Shown: piece after piece, positions 9,898 through 20,483 of the stretch
Layout: every line of letters starts with the position of its first letter
Numbering within the stretch: position 1 is the first letter of the stretch
NCBI GenBank assembly: GCA_965205025.1
Contig: CBDBFU010000009.1
Coordinates: 170,218-234,217, forward strand
Direction: 5' to 3'
Source of the DNA: Candidatus Poribacteria bacterium
GTDB lineage: Bacteria > Poribacteria > WGA-4E > WGA-3G
Length of the DNA stretch: 64,000 bases
Position numbers and translations under genes: made by a program
The notes under the pieces: model-generated
The model's input: only the letters and a program-made list of their open reading frames with translations
The model's database searches: none
Told to the model about the DNA's origin: nothing

Positions 9898-11757
9898 TTA
9901 CTTCATTAACCACATTTTTCGCATGGTCTGTGTATTCCCTGCTTCAAACTGATAGAAATAGATCCCGCTGGCAACACCTTCTCCATCCTTATTTTTTCCA
10001 TCCCAATATAGGGTTTTATCACCTGGTGTCTGTTTACCGAGATTAAATTGCCTGATTAATTTTCCTGAAGGTGAAAAGATTGAGATGTTTACACCTATTG
10101 ATTCTGTTAATTTGTATGGAATCCATGTTTCTGGGTTGAATGGGTTTGGATAATTTTGAAAAACCTCTGCGGTTTTTACTTTTCCCCAAGTAACAGGTTG
10201 TTTTCCTTTCGGTTCAACAGCAACCATTAGTTGTTGTGCTTCACCTTCTGTAAAAATAATAACCGAAATATTACTGGGACTCCACGTCCTACCATACGTA
10301 TCTACGATACCAGACGGCCATTTCACAGTTATAGAATCTATTCTATTCGCTTTTGCCAGACCAAATTCCATTTCTAAACTATCACTACCTAAGAAACCTG
10401 TACCACAAACTAATTCTTGGGTTTGAATGTGTTCGGCTATTTTTAGTTCTACACGCGCACCTATTCCATCACGGTTGCTTTCAGTGCCACGGAGTCTTAC
10501 TTTTATACGGTTATTGCTTGGATTCACATTGTTCTTGAGTAAAGTGTTCCCTGTATTATTAACAATATAAAAATCCACATCCCCGTCGTTATCAAAATCC
10601 CCTGCAGTGGCACCGCGTGCTACAGCATCAACCCCGAGATTATAGACTTCTGCCTTATCAACAAACTGCCCCTGATGATTCTCATATAGACGATTCATGT
10701 TTGTTTTTTGGGACTTATCCACATCTCCGTTGACCACATACAAATCACTGTCCCCATCCAAGTCAATATCAACAAAACTGGCATACCAACCGACACCTTC
10801 ATTGGCAACACCGACTTCTTCAGCGACGTTTGAGAATGTGCCATCACCATTGTTTCGCCAAAGTAGATCCTCATCGTAATTTGTAACAAATAGATCAAGG
10901 TCTTTATCGTTATCATAGTCCCCAACACAAAGTCCCATCGCACCTGTAGGTTTTCCTCTAATCTGTGTTACAATACCAGATTCATTCGATACATCCTCGA
11001 ATGTCCCATTACCTTTGTTTCGATAGAGTTTATCGGGACCGTGATCATTTGCTACAAATAAATCAGCCCATGTATCATTATCATAATCAAAGAAGATTGC
11101 TCCCCAAGCAATACCTTCATCTGCAACACCAGCAGCTTTTGCCACCTCTTCAAATGTACCATCCCCAAGGTTTCTGTATAAACGGTTGATTCTTGGTGCG
11201 GGGTCAAAGACTAAGAGTGATGCTGGACGTCCCCAGTTTGCTACATAAATATCTAACCATCCATCGTGGTCATAATCAGCGACAGCAATACTTGTCCCAT
11301 GAAGATCATCAGCAACTCCCGCTTGTTCACTGACATCAGTAAATGTACAATCTCCATTGTTTGCAAAAAGAAAGTTTGGACCATCACAGGTCACGTACAA
11401 ATCCCGCCAACCGTCATTGTCATAGTCAAACCAAACGCATCCTCTTGCTTTAGGCGTGTTTGCAATACCTGCACTTTCAGCGATCTCTTGAAAAGTGTCA
11501 TCCCCGTTATTATGATATAGAGCATTAGGGAGACCTCCATCACCAATAACAAAGATATCCATCCAACAGGTATCGTTATCAAAATCTACAGCGGCAGTTC
11601 CGGGACCTAACCAAGCCCCGGAATCTGGGTCAACTGCTGAATCACGTTGCGTAACACCTGCTACATTACTAACATCAACAAACGGTGCTGCAAATAGTGG
11701 TGATACGACTATAAGACTGATTAGAATAATCAAACTGTGTCGCATAGATAATACCAT
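9898..11757 (-). CDS. Secreted CRTAC1-family protein (FG-GAP repeats + ASPIC/UnbV) with C-terminal FlgD-Ig/T9SS-like domain
   Basis: Signal peptide; repeated DyDnDGwxDly; SNRDGIGARV; VEPKGKQPVTWGKVK followed by QNYPNPFNPETWIPY...WDGKN..G..VASGIYFY. Confidence 0.9.
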   Translation of the reverse strand: MVLSMRHSLIILISLIVVSPLFAAPFVDVSNVAGVTQRDSAVDPDSGAWLGPGTAAVDFDNDTCWMDIFVIGDGGLPNALYHNNGDDTFQEIAESAGIANTPKARGCVWFDYDNDGWRDLYVTCDGPNFLFANNGDCTFTDVSEQAGVADDLHGTSIAVADYDHDGWLDIYVANWGRPASLLVFDPAPRINRLYRNLGDGTFEEVAKAAGVADEGIAWGAIFFDYDNDTWADLFVANDHGPDKLYRNKGNGTFEDVSNESGIVTQIRGKPTGAMGLCVGDYDNDKDLDLFVTNYDEDLLWRNNGDGTFSNVAEEVGVANEGVGWYASFVDIDLDGDSDLYVVNGDVDKSQKTNMNRLYENHQGQFVDKAEVYNLGVDAVARGATAGDFDNDGDVDFYIVNNTGNTLLKNNVNPSNNRIKVRLRGTESNRDGIGARVELKIAEHIQTQELVCGTGFLGSDSLEMEFGLAKANRIDSITVKWPSGIVDTYGRTWSPSNISVIIFTEGEAQQLMVAVEPKGKQPVTWGKVKTAEVFQNYPNPFNPETWIPYKLTESIGVNISIFSPSGKLIRQFNLGKQTPGDKTLYWDGKNKDGEGVASGIYFYQFEAGNTQTMRKMWLMK

Positions 11758-11759
11758 CC

Positions 11760-12559
11760 TTAAAATTGTCTCTTGACGTCTCCCCAGGTAGTAGTTGCTT
11801 TTCCACCCGGTTCAACAGGGAACGGGTTCAAATTATCTCTGAAATATTCGTACTCAACTTCCAGCTTACCAGGCACCTGCAGCAACCCCAGCATATATAC
11901 CAAGCCATAAAGGTGGTGTGAGTTTAAAATTCTGTTACACCGATTTCCTTCCAATCGGCTTTATCTTCAGTTTTATACCATGCGGTATACTGATCCTTGT
12001 CTTTCTTTAGTCTCAGAAATAATTCAGTATCACCAAATTCTGGTACAAATCCTGCATTACCTGTCAAGCCACCACCACCTTCATTCTGTTTTGTCTGATA
12101 TTGGATTTGCCCTTTTGCTCCAGCATCGCGAGACCAGAATTTTATAGTTACCCAATTGTCATCTGTTGGACTTTTTATTAGAAGACCGTTGACACCTGAA
12201 CTTGTATCCCATTTTGCAAAAAAATGTGTTTCTACATCAAACATGTCTGTCTCGGTTTCCTGATAGAGAAAATGCGATGCGTCTCCTGCCCATAGATTTC
12301 GATTCGGTTCACTATTAATGTAAAGATAACCTTCACGGGTTTTACCAACATCCCAATTGGGTGGTTCATTCTGCCATTTCCAATTACCATTCTGTAATTT
12401 CGCACCATCAAATGGATCTCCAAACGAATCAGCAGCTTCAACGTCAATTACGCCGATTGACAATGATGTGAAGATACAGACGATTATACATGAAAGAACT
12501 AACTTCCAATTATTCAATTGTTGCTTTTGTAAAAAAGTTATTAAAGAAATTGTTTTCAT
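11760..12559 (-). pseudogene. Secreted ConA-like jelly-roll protein with TWG tail; two +1 frameshifts (~11927, ~11872), probably assembly errors
   Basis: Removing one base at each site gives ...EIGVTEFKLTPPLWLGIYAGVAAGAGKLEVEYEYFRDNLNPFPVEPGGKATTTWGDVKRQF (265 aa); GGAGGT SD before ATG 12559. Confidence 0.75.
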
Positions 12560-12774
12560 ATTTACCTCCACTTAAAATTCTAAATTCTAATTTGTTGAAT
12601 GTCAAGAGGAATTGTAATAGAAATACACTATATTCACGACTTGTGCCTGTTGAGTGATAGTTTTTTGTTGTTTTCACGGAATTGGGTTTTGTACTATAAA
12701 CATTCCGTCCCTATGGGACTCAGTCTCTTGATTTGAAGTTCCAGAATTAATAGAAAATCTTGCAGACAATAACC

Positions 12775-12874
12775 TTCCTTCTCCCCGTAATCCGTGATTC
12801 AAAAAAATCCAAACAAACCGAAAAATATACTAATCACACTAAATTGAAGCCTATATTGCGGTTTCTAACCCTAC
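12775..12874 (-). mobile_element. Non-autonomous element end derived from the IS4 terminal repeat, abutting a degenerate REP
   Basis: CTAAATTGAAGCCTATA (12839-12855) matches the IS4 end; its reverse complement aligns over ~60 bp with the sequence starting near 45012; followed by TTGCGGTTTCTAACC. Confidence 0.6.
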
Positions 12875-12977
12875 TGGATGTTCGTACTGAATTCCATTTC
12901 TTTAACTATCTTTTAATCAACCGGTGAAGTCCAAGGATTCTGAGATACGCTCTATAGTCATGCGAATGTAGTATGTA

Positions 12978-14645
12978 CTAATTTTCAACAATTTGGATTA
13001 ACCGATTTGTAGATACATTTTCAAGATGTTGTACATTTCCACCTAACCATTGAATCTCAATTGAGTTCACAGTTTCAGTTGATCCAAGACCAAAGTGAAG
13101 TGTATAGTCATTACCAGATGCGTAGCTGCCACCTGATGTAATTTCTCTTAAGTATATTGTTTTATTAGTCTTTAAATACACCTTCGTTCCAATCGCATTT
13201 CTGTTACCCGTAGTACCCGTTAATTGAATTTTCAACCATCTATTCTCTGTTTTTGAGTCGTTTCTAAGAAGTACTGGAGTTCCACCACAACAGGAAATCA
13301 GAATATCTATATCTCCATCGTTATCATAATCCCCACTGGCTGTGCCTCTTGCGACTACAGGACGCTTAAAGAATGTTCCTGCGGAGCTTGTTATATCTTT
13401 ATATTGTCCTTTTCCATCGTTAAGAAACAACTGACATGTCTGTTTGTATGATAGGGTGGGTGTGATCTGTGTGACGTTATCCCATACATGTCCATTCGCA
13501 ACCAATAGATCCAAAGTTCCATTATTATCAACATCTAAAAACTGAGTACCGAATCCAAGTCTTGAAAAACTGGGTTCAGCAAGTCCTGCTTCAAAGGTTG
13601 TCATTGTATAGAAACCATCACCATCATTATGAAACAAACTATTAACCTCTAAAGAAAAGTTCGTTACAAATAAATCCAATGCTCCATCGTTATCATAATC
13701 TCCATTTGCAATACCCATACTTGCTGTTGCACGTCCCTCAGAGTTATACGCAATCCCAGCGGCAAGAGCAACATCGGTGAATGTTCCATCCCTGTTATTG
13801 CGATATAAGAAATCCTCGACTGCATCGTTTGCGACAAAGATATCAGGATAACCGTCGTTGTTGTAATCGGTAAATAATACCCCTAAACCTTTTCCAGAGT
13901 TCATCACACCTGAACGTGCAGTTACATCTGTGAATGTGCCATCTCCGTTATTACGGTAGAGAGTGTCTGGGGCTCCAGGATATTCATGGGGTCCACAGTA
14001 AATATGAACCCCTTCCAACGAACATGGATGTGCCGTCTCAATATTATAATCAAGATAATTTGCCACATATAAATCAAGAAATCCATCAAGATTATAATCT
14101 CCAAAAGATGCACTCACACTCCAGTGAGCGTTTGCTACACCTGCTTTGGCAGTTACATCTGTAAACGTGCCATCGCCGTTATTTCGATAGAGTTGATTCA
14201 TACCAAAGTTGGTTAGATAAAGATCCTGGTCTCCATCGTTGTCATAATCTGCGGAGATACAACCCATACCAAATCCAGAATTTTTATCCATTCCAACCTT
14301 TAGGGTGACGTCAGAAAATGTGCCATTTCCATTATTACGATAGAGTCTGTTGATTTCATTTAATTTGATACGGGGTTCGTTGATATTGGCACATGAAGTT
14401 CCACTATTTACAAGATATATATCAAGAAATCCATCATTGTCATAATCGAAGAATAAACATCCTGAACCCATTGTCTCTGGAAGTAATCTTTCTTGCGACA
14501 TACCGTTCAGATGCTTGAAGTCAATACCTGCAGTATTTGTCTGTTCAGTATAAATAAGGTTATTTTGTTGGGCGAGTATAGGGGGAATGAATAAAAATAA
14601 AACAGAGAAATTTAGACTGTGAAGAATATGTAATTTCTTCCACAT
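12978..14645 (-). CDS. CRTAC1-family protein (FG-GAP repeats, ASPIC/UnbV C-terminus)
   Basis: LPETMGSG, DYDNDG repeats, YCGP, GNRNAIG, LHFGLG. Confidence 0.92.
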   Translation of the reverse strand: MWKKLHILHSLNFSVLFLFIPPILAQQNNLIYTEQTNTAGIDFKHLNGMSQERLLPETMGSGCLFFDYDNDGFLDIYLVNSGTSCANINEPRIKLNEINRLYRNNGNGTFSDVTLKVGMDKNSGFGMGCISADYDNDGDQDLYLTNFGMNQLYRNNGDGTFTDVTAKAGVANAHWSVSASFGDYNLDGFLDLYVANYLDYNIETAHPCSLEGVHIYCGPHEYPGAPDTLYRNNGDGTFTDVTARSGVMNSGKGLGVLFTDYNNDGYPDIFVANDAVEDFLYRNNRDGTFTDVALAAGIAYNSEGRATASMGIANGDYDNDGALDLFVTNFSLEVNSLFHNDGDGFYTMTTFEAGLAEPSFSRLGFGTQFLDVDNNGTLDLLVANGHVWDNVTQITPTLSYKQTCQLFLNDGKGQYKDITSSAGTFFKRPVVARGTASGDYDNDGDIDILISCCGGTPVLLRNDSKTENRWLKIQLTGTTGNRNAIGTKVYLKTNKTIYLREITSGGSYASGNDYTLHFGLGSTETVNSIEIQWLGGNVQHLENVSTNRLIQIVEN

Positions 14646-14662
14646 ATTTTATAGAATATGAA

Positions 14663-16966
14663 TTATGGGATATCAGATTGTTGATTATCAATTAATTTGG
14701 TAAGTATGTCTAACTGTTGCCTGACATGGGGGACGATGCTGTTGTCAGGATAGGATGCAAGAAGGATGGTATATGTTTCTGCAGCATTTGTAAAATCTTT
14801 CTTTTCTTCGTAAATACTTGCAATTTGTGAGAGTGCTTCGACTGCTAATGAAGCTTTCTGAGAGACGACTTGTCGATATGAATGTAAAGCATCTCCATAG
14901 GCTTTTTGAGAGCGATGTATCTTACCGAGTAGCATCCATAGGTCATCAACAATCAAAGCTTTTGGATGAAGTGAAATAGTATCTTCACATTGTGTAATAG
15001 CTGCCTCTATATTTCCAGATAAAAAGAGTTGGAGTGCGTGAGTATAATCCGTCAATGGAAGTGTGAGAAAATCTTTGTTATCTTGAATCAGAACGATTTT
15101 ATCCAGAGCATCATTTGTGAGATTATCATACTTTGAGATCTGAATTAGTTTTTGATATTCCTTGATAGCAGTATCATATTCATTTCCAAAAAAGTATGAA
15201 TCAGCAATGAGTTTACGTGCATGTGCATTTGATTTACTGAAATTGTTTGCGATTGGGGTCAATAACTGTCTGGCAAGTATGTATTGTTTCTGAAGTATAT
15301 AACATTCCGCTAAGATTAGTTGTATTTCTATATATCTATCGGATTCTAACTGCTTTTTTAGTAATTGCAGAACAGTCATTTGAGCAGCCTTAGGATTATA
15401 TTGTCCGTGTAATTGTATGTAGGATAATAGTAGTTGACTGTCTGTTGTAGATGAGTTATTTTTCTGAAGTTTTAGTAATTGATCTGCAGCTTCGTTCCAC
15501 ATCTTTTCTTTCTGATATAGTTTTGCAAGTTTCAATCTGGAGCTTGAAATCTGTCTTATATCCCGAGAATGCTTGATAAGTGTTTTGTAAAATTCAATTG
15601 CATAAGGATTATGATTACGTTCTAAGATTCTTGCAAATCTAACCATAGTTGTATCCATGGATGTAGTATAAGTTGAATACAGTTTTATGAAAATCTCCAA
15701 TGCTGCGTCTAATTGTTTTGCATAAAATAGTAGTTCTCCTAAGGTAAGGGCGGAACTAATGTTCTTTGGATTTCTATTATATGCAGCATGAAGTTTAGAA
15801 ATTAGTTTATTTTGTAATGGTTTTTGTCTTTCTCCTACATATATATCTACCATAGCACCCCATATTGCTTCACGGTGACTTATACTCATACCGACATTTA
15901 GTAAACCATCAATATAGATTTCTGCAGCTTCATCTATTTTTGCTTGGATTTTATAGACTGAAGCCAACTGTGTATAAAGGTACCCGTAATTACGATTTGA
16001 TGCAATTGCTTTCCGATATGAATCAATCGCTTCGTCAAAGAGTTTGTTAGAGAGGAAAATTGAACCCATCTGTTGATCTTTATCAATCTGTCCTTCAACA
16101 ATCTTTTCCCATTCGATAATTGCCTGTTTTTTGTTTCCAAGTTCAAGGTACAGAGTTCCGAGTTTTCGTCGTATAGATGTGCTGGTAGGATTTTTATCAA
16201 GGATACTAATATATAGGTCAAGTGCTTTCTGATGGTGTTCCTGCTGCCGATATATAGATGCCAATTCCTCTATGAGTGTTGTATCTGTAGGATTTAGTTC
16301 TAAACGTTTTTTAATCAGTTTTTCTGCTTCATCAAAACGTTCATTTTCTGTATATAATCTAACAAGATTACTCACCCCAGATGATCGATATATTGAGTCT
16401 GGGTATGTATCTAAAAAGAACTTGTACCCTTCCATAGCTTTATCCGGCTTCCCTTCAACATAGAAATAGTATGCTGTTAGGTAGGCAGCAATTGAACCTG
16501 CAGATGTATTTGGATGTTGTTTTAGGATCTGTTGGGATTGAAGGAGTGCTTCGTTGTATTGATATCTTTGACTAAATAGGTAAATTAATTGATGTACCGC
16601 CTGAGAAGCATAAGATCCATTCGGATTCTCATTGATCATCTTTATGAAAATACTACGTGCGTCTGCATCTTCTCCCAATTTAGCATGACTCTGACCAAGC
16701 ATGAGCTGCATTGAATCTCTTTGGCTTTGTGTAATATCTGTTTTAAGTAGTGTTTTATACGCATTTATTGCTTCTCTATAACTACGGTCATAGTATAAAT
16801 CGTTAGCATCTTGTATAGCATTGATAGTCTTAACTCTTGCCGCTTGATCAATGTTGGATTGATTTTGTGCAGATACGATATTACATAGACTAATACCTAC
16901 AAAGATTAGAACGGTTATAGTAAGAACAGAAAGACCACTTCGAGAATTAAAAACCATATATTTCAT
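14663..16966 (-). CDS. Exported tetratricopeptide-repeat protein
   Basis: N-terminal signal/TM; many TPR motifs, including YP-S capped BamD/CpoB-like repeats. Confidence 0.88.
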   Translation of the reverse strand: MKYMVFNSRSGLSVLTITVLIFVGISLCNIVSAQNQSNIDQAARVKTINAIQDANDLYYDRSYREAINAYKTLLKTDITQSQRDSMQLMLGQSHAKLGEDADARSIFIKMINENPNGSYASQAVHQLIYLFSQRYQYNEALLQSQQILKQHPNTSAGSIAAYLTAYYFYVEGKPDKAMEGYKFFLDTYPDSIYRSSGVSNLVRLYTENERFDEAEKLIKKRLELNPTDTTLIEELASIYRQQEHHQKALDLYISILDKNPTSTSIRRKLGTLYLELGNKKQAIIEWEKIVEGQIDKDQQMGSIFLSNKLFDEAIDSYRKAIASNRNYGYLYTQLASVYKIQAKIDEAAEIYIDGLLNVGMSISHREAIWGAMVDIYVGERQKPLQNKLISKLHAAYNRNPKNISSALTLGELLFYAKQLDAALEIFIKLYSTYTTSMDTTMVRFARILERNHNPYAIEFYKTLIKHSRDIRQISSSRLKLAKLYQKEKMWNEAADQLLKLQKNNSSTTDSQLLLSYIQLHGQYNPKAAQMTVLQLLKKQLESDRYIEIQLILAECYILQKQYILARQLLTPIANNFSKSNAHARKLIADSYFFGNEYDTAIKEYQKLIQISKYDNLTNDALDKIVLIQDNKDFLTLPLTDYTHALQLFLSGNIEAAITQCEDTISLHPKALIVDDLWMLLGKIHRSQKAYGDALHSYRQVVSQKASLAVEALSQIASIYEEKKDFTNAAETYTILLASYPDNSIVPHVRQQLDILTKLIDNQQSDIP

Positions 16967-16983
16967 ATTTTTGAATCCTTACT

Positions 16984-18159
16984 TTAATTACTACCTATCA
17001 ATGCAATTCCAGATGTTAATGCCATTCCGTAAATCATACAGTTTTCATCTATGTCAAACTGTGGGTGATGACACATATTTACTATCCCTTTCTCTTCATT
17101 TCGTGCTCCAACCAGTATAAAACATGCTGGTATTTCTTGTGAATAACATGCAAAATCTTCACCTCCGAGTATAGGTAAGATTGGGTAATTTACGTTCTCT
17201 TCACCTACTATCATCTCGCCAACCTTAACTGCAGTATCTACACACGGTTCGTGGTTGTAGGTCACAGGACACCCTTCTTTGTATGTAAAGGAATAGGTAG
17301 CATCGTTGGATTTTGTGATTCCGGTTAGTATTTTCTCAATTTGAGTTCTTATTGCCAATTGGACATCTTTGTCAAGAGTACGTACAGTTCCACCAATTTC
17401 TACATTTGGTGGAATAACATTTTTTGTGTCTCCTCCATGAAACTCTGTAATGCTAACTACAGCAGAATCTAATGGGTTAGTGTTTCGTGACACAATTGAT
17501 TGTGTTGCATTCACAAATTGTGTTCCGAGAATAATTGGATCAACGGTAAGATGTGGAAATGCTGCATGTCCTCCTCTACCGGTAATAGTAATTTCAAATG
17601 TATCAGATTGTGCCAGCATAGGTCCATTGCAAGTTGCATATTCACCTACCGGGTATAGTGGAAACACATGTAAACCATATATTTCATCAACACCATCCAA
17701 TACACCATCTTCAATCATTGCTTCTGCACCCCCAGGAAATGCTTCTTCGCAGGGTTGAAAGATAAATCTTACGTTGGTCTTAAGTTCGTATTTGAAATGA
17801 GATAATATCCTCGCTGTCCCAATGAGCATTGCCGTATGTGCATCGTGTCCACATAGGTGTGCCTTTCCCTCAATTATTGATTTAAATGGTACATCTGTCA
17901 GTTCCTGTATAGGAAGTGCGTCCATATCTGCCCGTAAACCTATCCGCTTAGTCGCATTAGGTACATCAAGATCACCTATAACCCCGGTTTTTCCAATACC
18001 AGTTTTTACTTTAATACCGAGGTCATTAAGAGCATTGGCAGCGATACCCGCTGTGCGTTCAACATCGAACCTAATTTCAGGATGCTGATGGATATCACGA
18101 CGAATCTTGACAATATCCTTAAAATGAGAACGACACTGATTTAATATTTCTGTTTTCAT
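16984..18159 (-). CDS. M20D amidohydrolase
   Basis: RRDIHQHPE, LRADMDALP, HLCGHDAH, FQPCEE, GGEDF, HHPQFDIDE. Confidence 0.95.
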   Translation of the reverse strand: MKTEILNQCRSHFKDIVKIRRDIHQHPEIRFDVERTAGIAANALNDLGIKVKTGIGKTGVIGDLDVPNATKRIGLRADMDALPIQELTDVPFKSIIEGKAHLCGHDAHTAMLIGTARILSHFKYELKTNVRFIFQPCEEAFPGGAEAMIEDGVLDGVDEIYGLHVFPLYPVGEYATCNGPMLAQSDTFEITITGRGGHAAFPHLTVDPIILGTQFVNATQSIVSRNTNPLDSAVVSITEFHGGDTKNVIPPNVEIGGTVRTLDKDVQLAIRTQIEKILTGITKSNDATYSFTYKEGCPVTYNHEPCVDTAVKVGEMIVGEENVNYPILPILGGEDFACYSQEIPACFILVGARNEEKGIVNMCHHPQFDIDENCMIYGMALTSGIALIGSN

Positions 18160-18185
18160 AGTAATCTTTGTGGATATAGTATATT

Positions 18186-19773
18186 CTATTGGTAGGTAAG
18201 TGTTCTTCTGAGAATACTCTTGTGACCTCGATCATTTTCAAGACGATAAATAACAGTATAAATACCCGGAATAGTTTGAAACTCTTGACTATCCAGGATT
18301 GGTGTGAACTCTATTTCTCCAATATCGTTATCAGTAATTTCTCTGTTCTCAGTAATTGGTCCGTAACATCTTTCTCCTAAAGGATTAAGTATTTTCCAAG
18401 TTAATTTCATCCGTTTGGGTCGTGGTGGATTATTGACATATACAGTGATTCTATCCCCTAAGGTATAATCATTAATATCCAATGTTTCCCAATTTAGATA
18501 ACATCTTTTCTGTTAGGGTCATTGGAGGAACATATTCAAGATAACCTTTTCCAGGAATTCCCCTCCATTTCCCTCCTGTAGCCAACGCAATCTGTTTTAT
18601 TGGGAGGTAATCCAGTCCGATCACTTCAACACGAATCTGTTCCCTTTGAAGAGATTCAATTACTTCATCCAAACTATAGGAAGATCTACCATCGTAATCT
18701 GCATCGTGAAATGCAGCATCGCTTGCAAGTATAAAGAAACGTTGTGAGTTATTCCGAAATTCAATCTCTTTTATTGCAGTCATGAGAGCATCTAAACCTG
18801 CTTCTGATATATCACCACCATGGTCAACATTAATTTTAAAAAGCCAGTTTTTGAAGGTCCCAATGTCATTGGTTTGTCCATATATCTTGGTTTTGTCAGT
18901 AAATGTAACTAATCCGAATGATACATCATGTCCATTTCTTTGCAAAGTATCAAAAATAAACTCAAAATATGCACGTATGCCGCGTATATTGTCAACCATA
19001 CTTGCCGTCTCATCAAGAATAAATACTATATCTATCTTTTCTGTGGTGGTTGCTGCTAACAGATCTTGACCAATTTCTTTCATCATTTTAATATAAATTC
19101 CACCACTGTTATCGGTCCGTGTAGTAGAACCACCACCCCATGAGTTCCCCATCCCTGTAGCACGTAATGCATCACCGCGTCGACTTCCGTAGTGAACTTT
19201 TGGTGTTCCGACAGTTAGTGATAGGTCATTTAGGCTATTGTCTGTTTGTAAGGAAATATTCTGTGTCTCTCCTTGTATGATATCATTGGTCGACGTTTTC
19301 TGGGTTAGATGAGAAAATGGCCTCTGATTTATAGGTCTGACTGTGGAATGGATTTTTGTTTGATTTGGTAGGTTATAATTGTTGTGTTGAGAATCATTCT
19401 CTGAATTTGTTATATCGGAGTCTTGTAAACTTCTTAACTTCTCTTTTCGATGAATTCCAGTGGATGTGATAACCGGATCATTTAAAACTTGCCAATCTGC
19501 ATTAAGATTGACAGTAGGTTTAGGAACAGAAGGTGTGTTATCTGAAATATCGTCGTCAGAAGAGGTGAGTTCAGTAGGTGGAAGGGGACTAACGGGTTCA
19601 GGTGGTTTCACAATTGTTGGTCGAGGAATTGTATATATTTCAACGATGAATTGGTCTTCAAATTGATTATCTGTAGAATCCTCTTGTATGAACTGTACCC
19701 ATAATACAAGTAAGAAAAAATGGATTAAAATAGAATAAAAATAATAGGGTAACCTAATTCTTTTTTCTTTCAT
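18186..19773 (-). CDS. Membrane-anchored VWA-domain protein with TonB-like Pro-rich linker; C-terminal ~98 aa probably split off by a +1 frameshift at ~18486
   Basis: N-terminal TM SILIHFF; Pro-rich linker; MIDAS DETASM; ...KLGNIGY* overlaps the next ORF and removing one base gives ...KLGTLDINDY... Confidence 0.75.
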
Positions 19774-19821
19774 AATCCTACCATTAATTTGAAAAAGATG
19801 TGAATTTCTGTTTATAACAAC

Positions 19822-20169
19822 TTATGTGTCAGTCGAAAAAATACATACTTCTAACACACGCAAGACATTATCCAGTAACCAAGCTGGTGATTTTTCAAGG
19901 AACTGAACTTGACGGCTATCATAATCCACAGATTTTATCTGTTCTACCATAATATAACCAGTAAGTGATGATTCAGATGGTATATTGACATGGAATGGTA
20001 AGTTCCTAAATGTATTTGTAATTGGGCAGACCATTGCTAATCTTGTACTTATGTTGAATTTTGTATTGCTAATAACTAACGCTGGTCGTCTTCCCCATTG
20101 TTCATGTCCTGATTGTGGATTAAAAGAAAGACGGACAAAATCACCCTTGTGGGGTATGTAACTTGACAT
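19822..20169 (-). CDS. mazF: MazF/PemK endoribonuclease toxin
   Basis: FNPQSGHEQWGRRPALVISN, CPIT, EQIKSVD. Confidence 0.92.
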   Translation of the reverse strand: MSSYIPHKGDFVRLSFNPQSGHEQWGRRPALVISNTKFNISTRLAMVCPITNTFRNLPFHVNIPSESSLTGYIMVEQIKSVDYDSRQVQFLEKSPAWLLDNVLRVLEVCIFSTDT

Positions 20170-20418
20170 CTACCATTCCTCATTTCCTACAGGTTTACCC
20201 CATTCTAATTCTTCTGGCTTATAGTCGTCAGGAATTTGATCAATTAATGATTGAAGTTCAACTCGTTTCTGTGCTTGAGTAGATGTTTCTATTATTATTC
20301 TACCATTCAGAATAGTAATAATTACATCCTCACCCAAATTTATATGTGCTACTTCCAACATTTTCTTAGTTAGATTGATTCCATCATTAGATTCTGACCC
20401 TTGAATTTTGATCAACAT
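20170..20418 (-). CDS. mazE: MazE/AbrB-type antitoxin
   Basis: Directly upstream of the toxin; C-terminal ELEWGKPVGNEEW. Confidence 0.85.
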   Translation of the reverse strand: MLIKIQGSESNDGINLTKKMLEVAHINLGEDVIITILNGRIIIETSTQAQKRVELQSLIDQIPDDYKPEELEWGKPVGNEEW

Positions 20419-20483
20419 TTCTATTTTCCTTATTCGTGTATTAAAATGAGCAGTATTATGTTAAATCAAGAATAAAATGACAT

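Noticed and set aside
9499-9909. 136-aa plus-strand ORF
   Set aside because: Shadow of the 59-aa minus-strand gene and AT-rich spacer; no SD or recognisable motif
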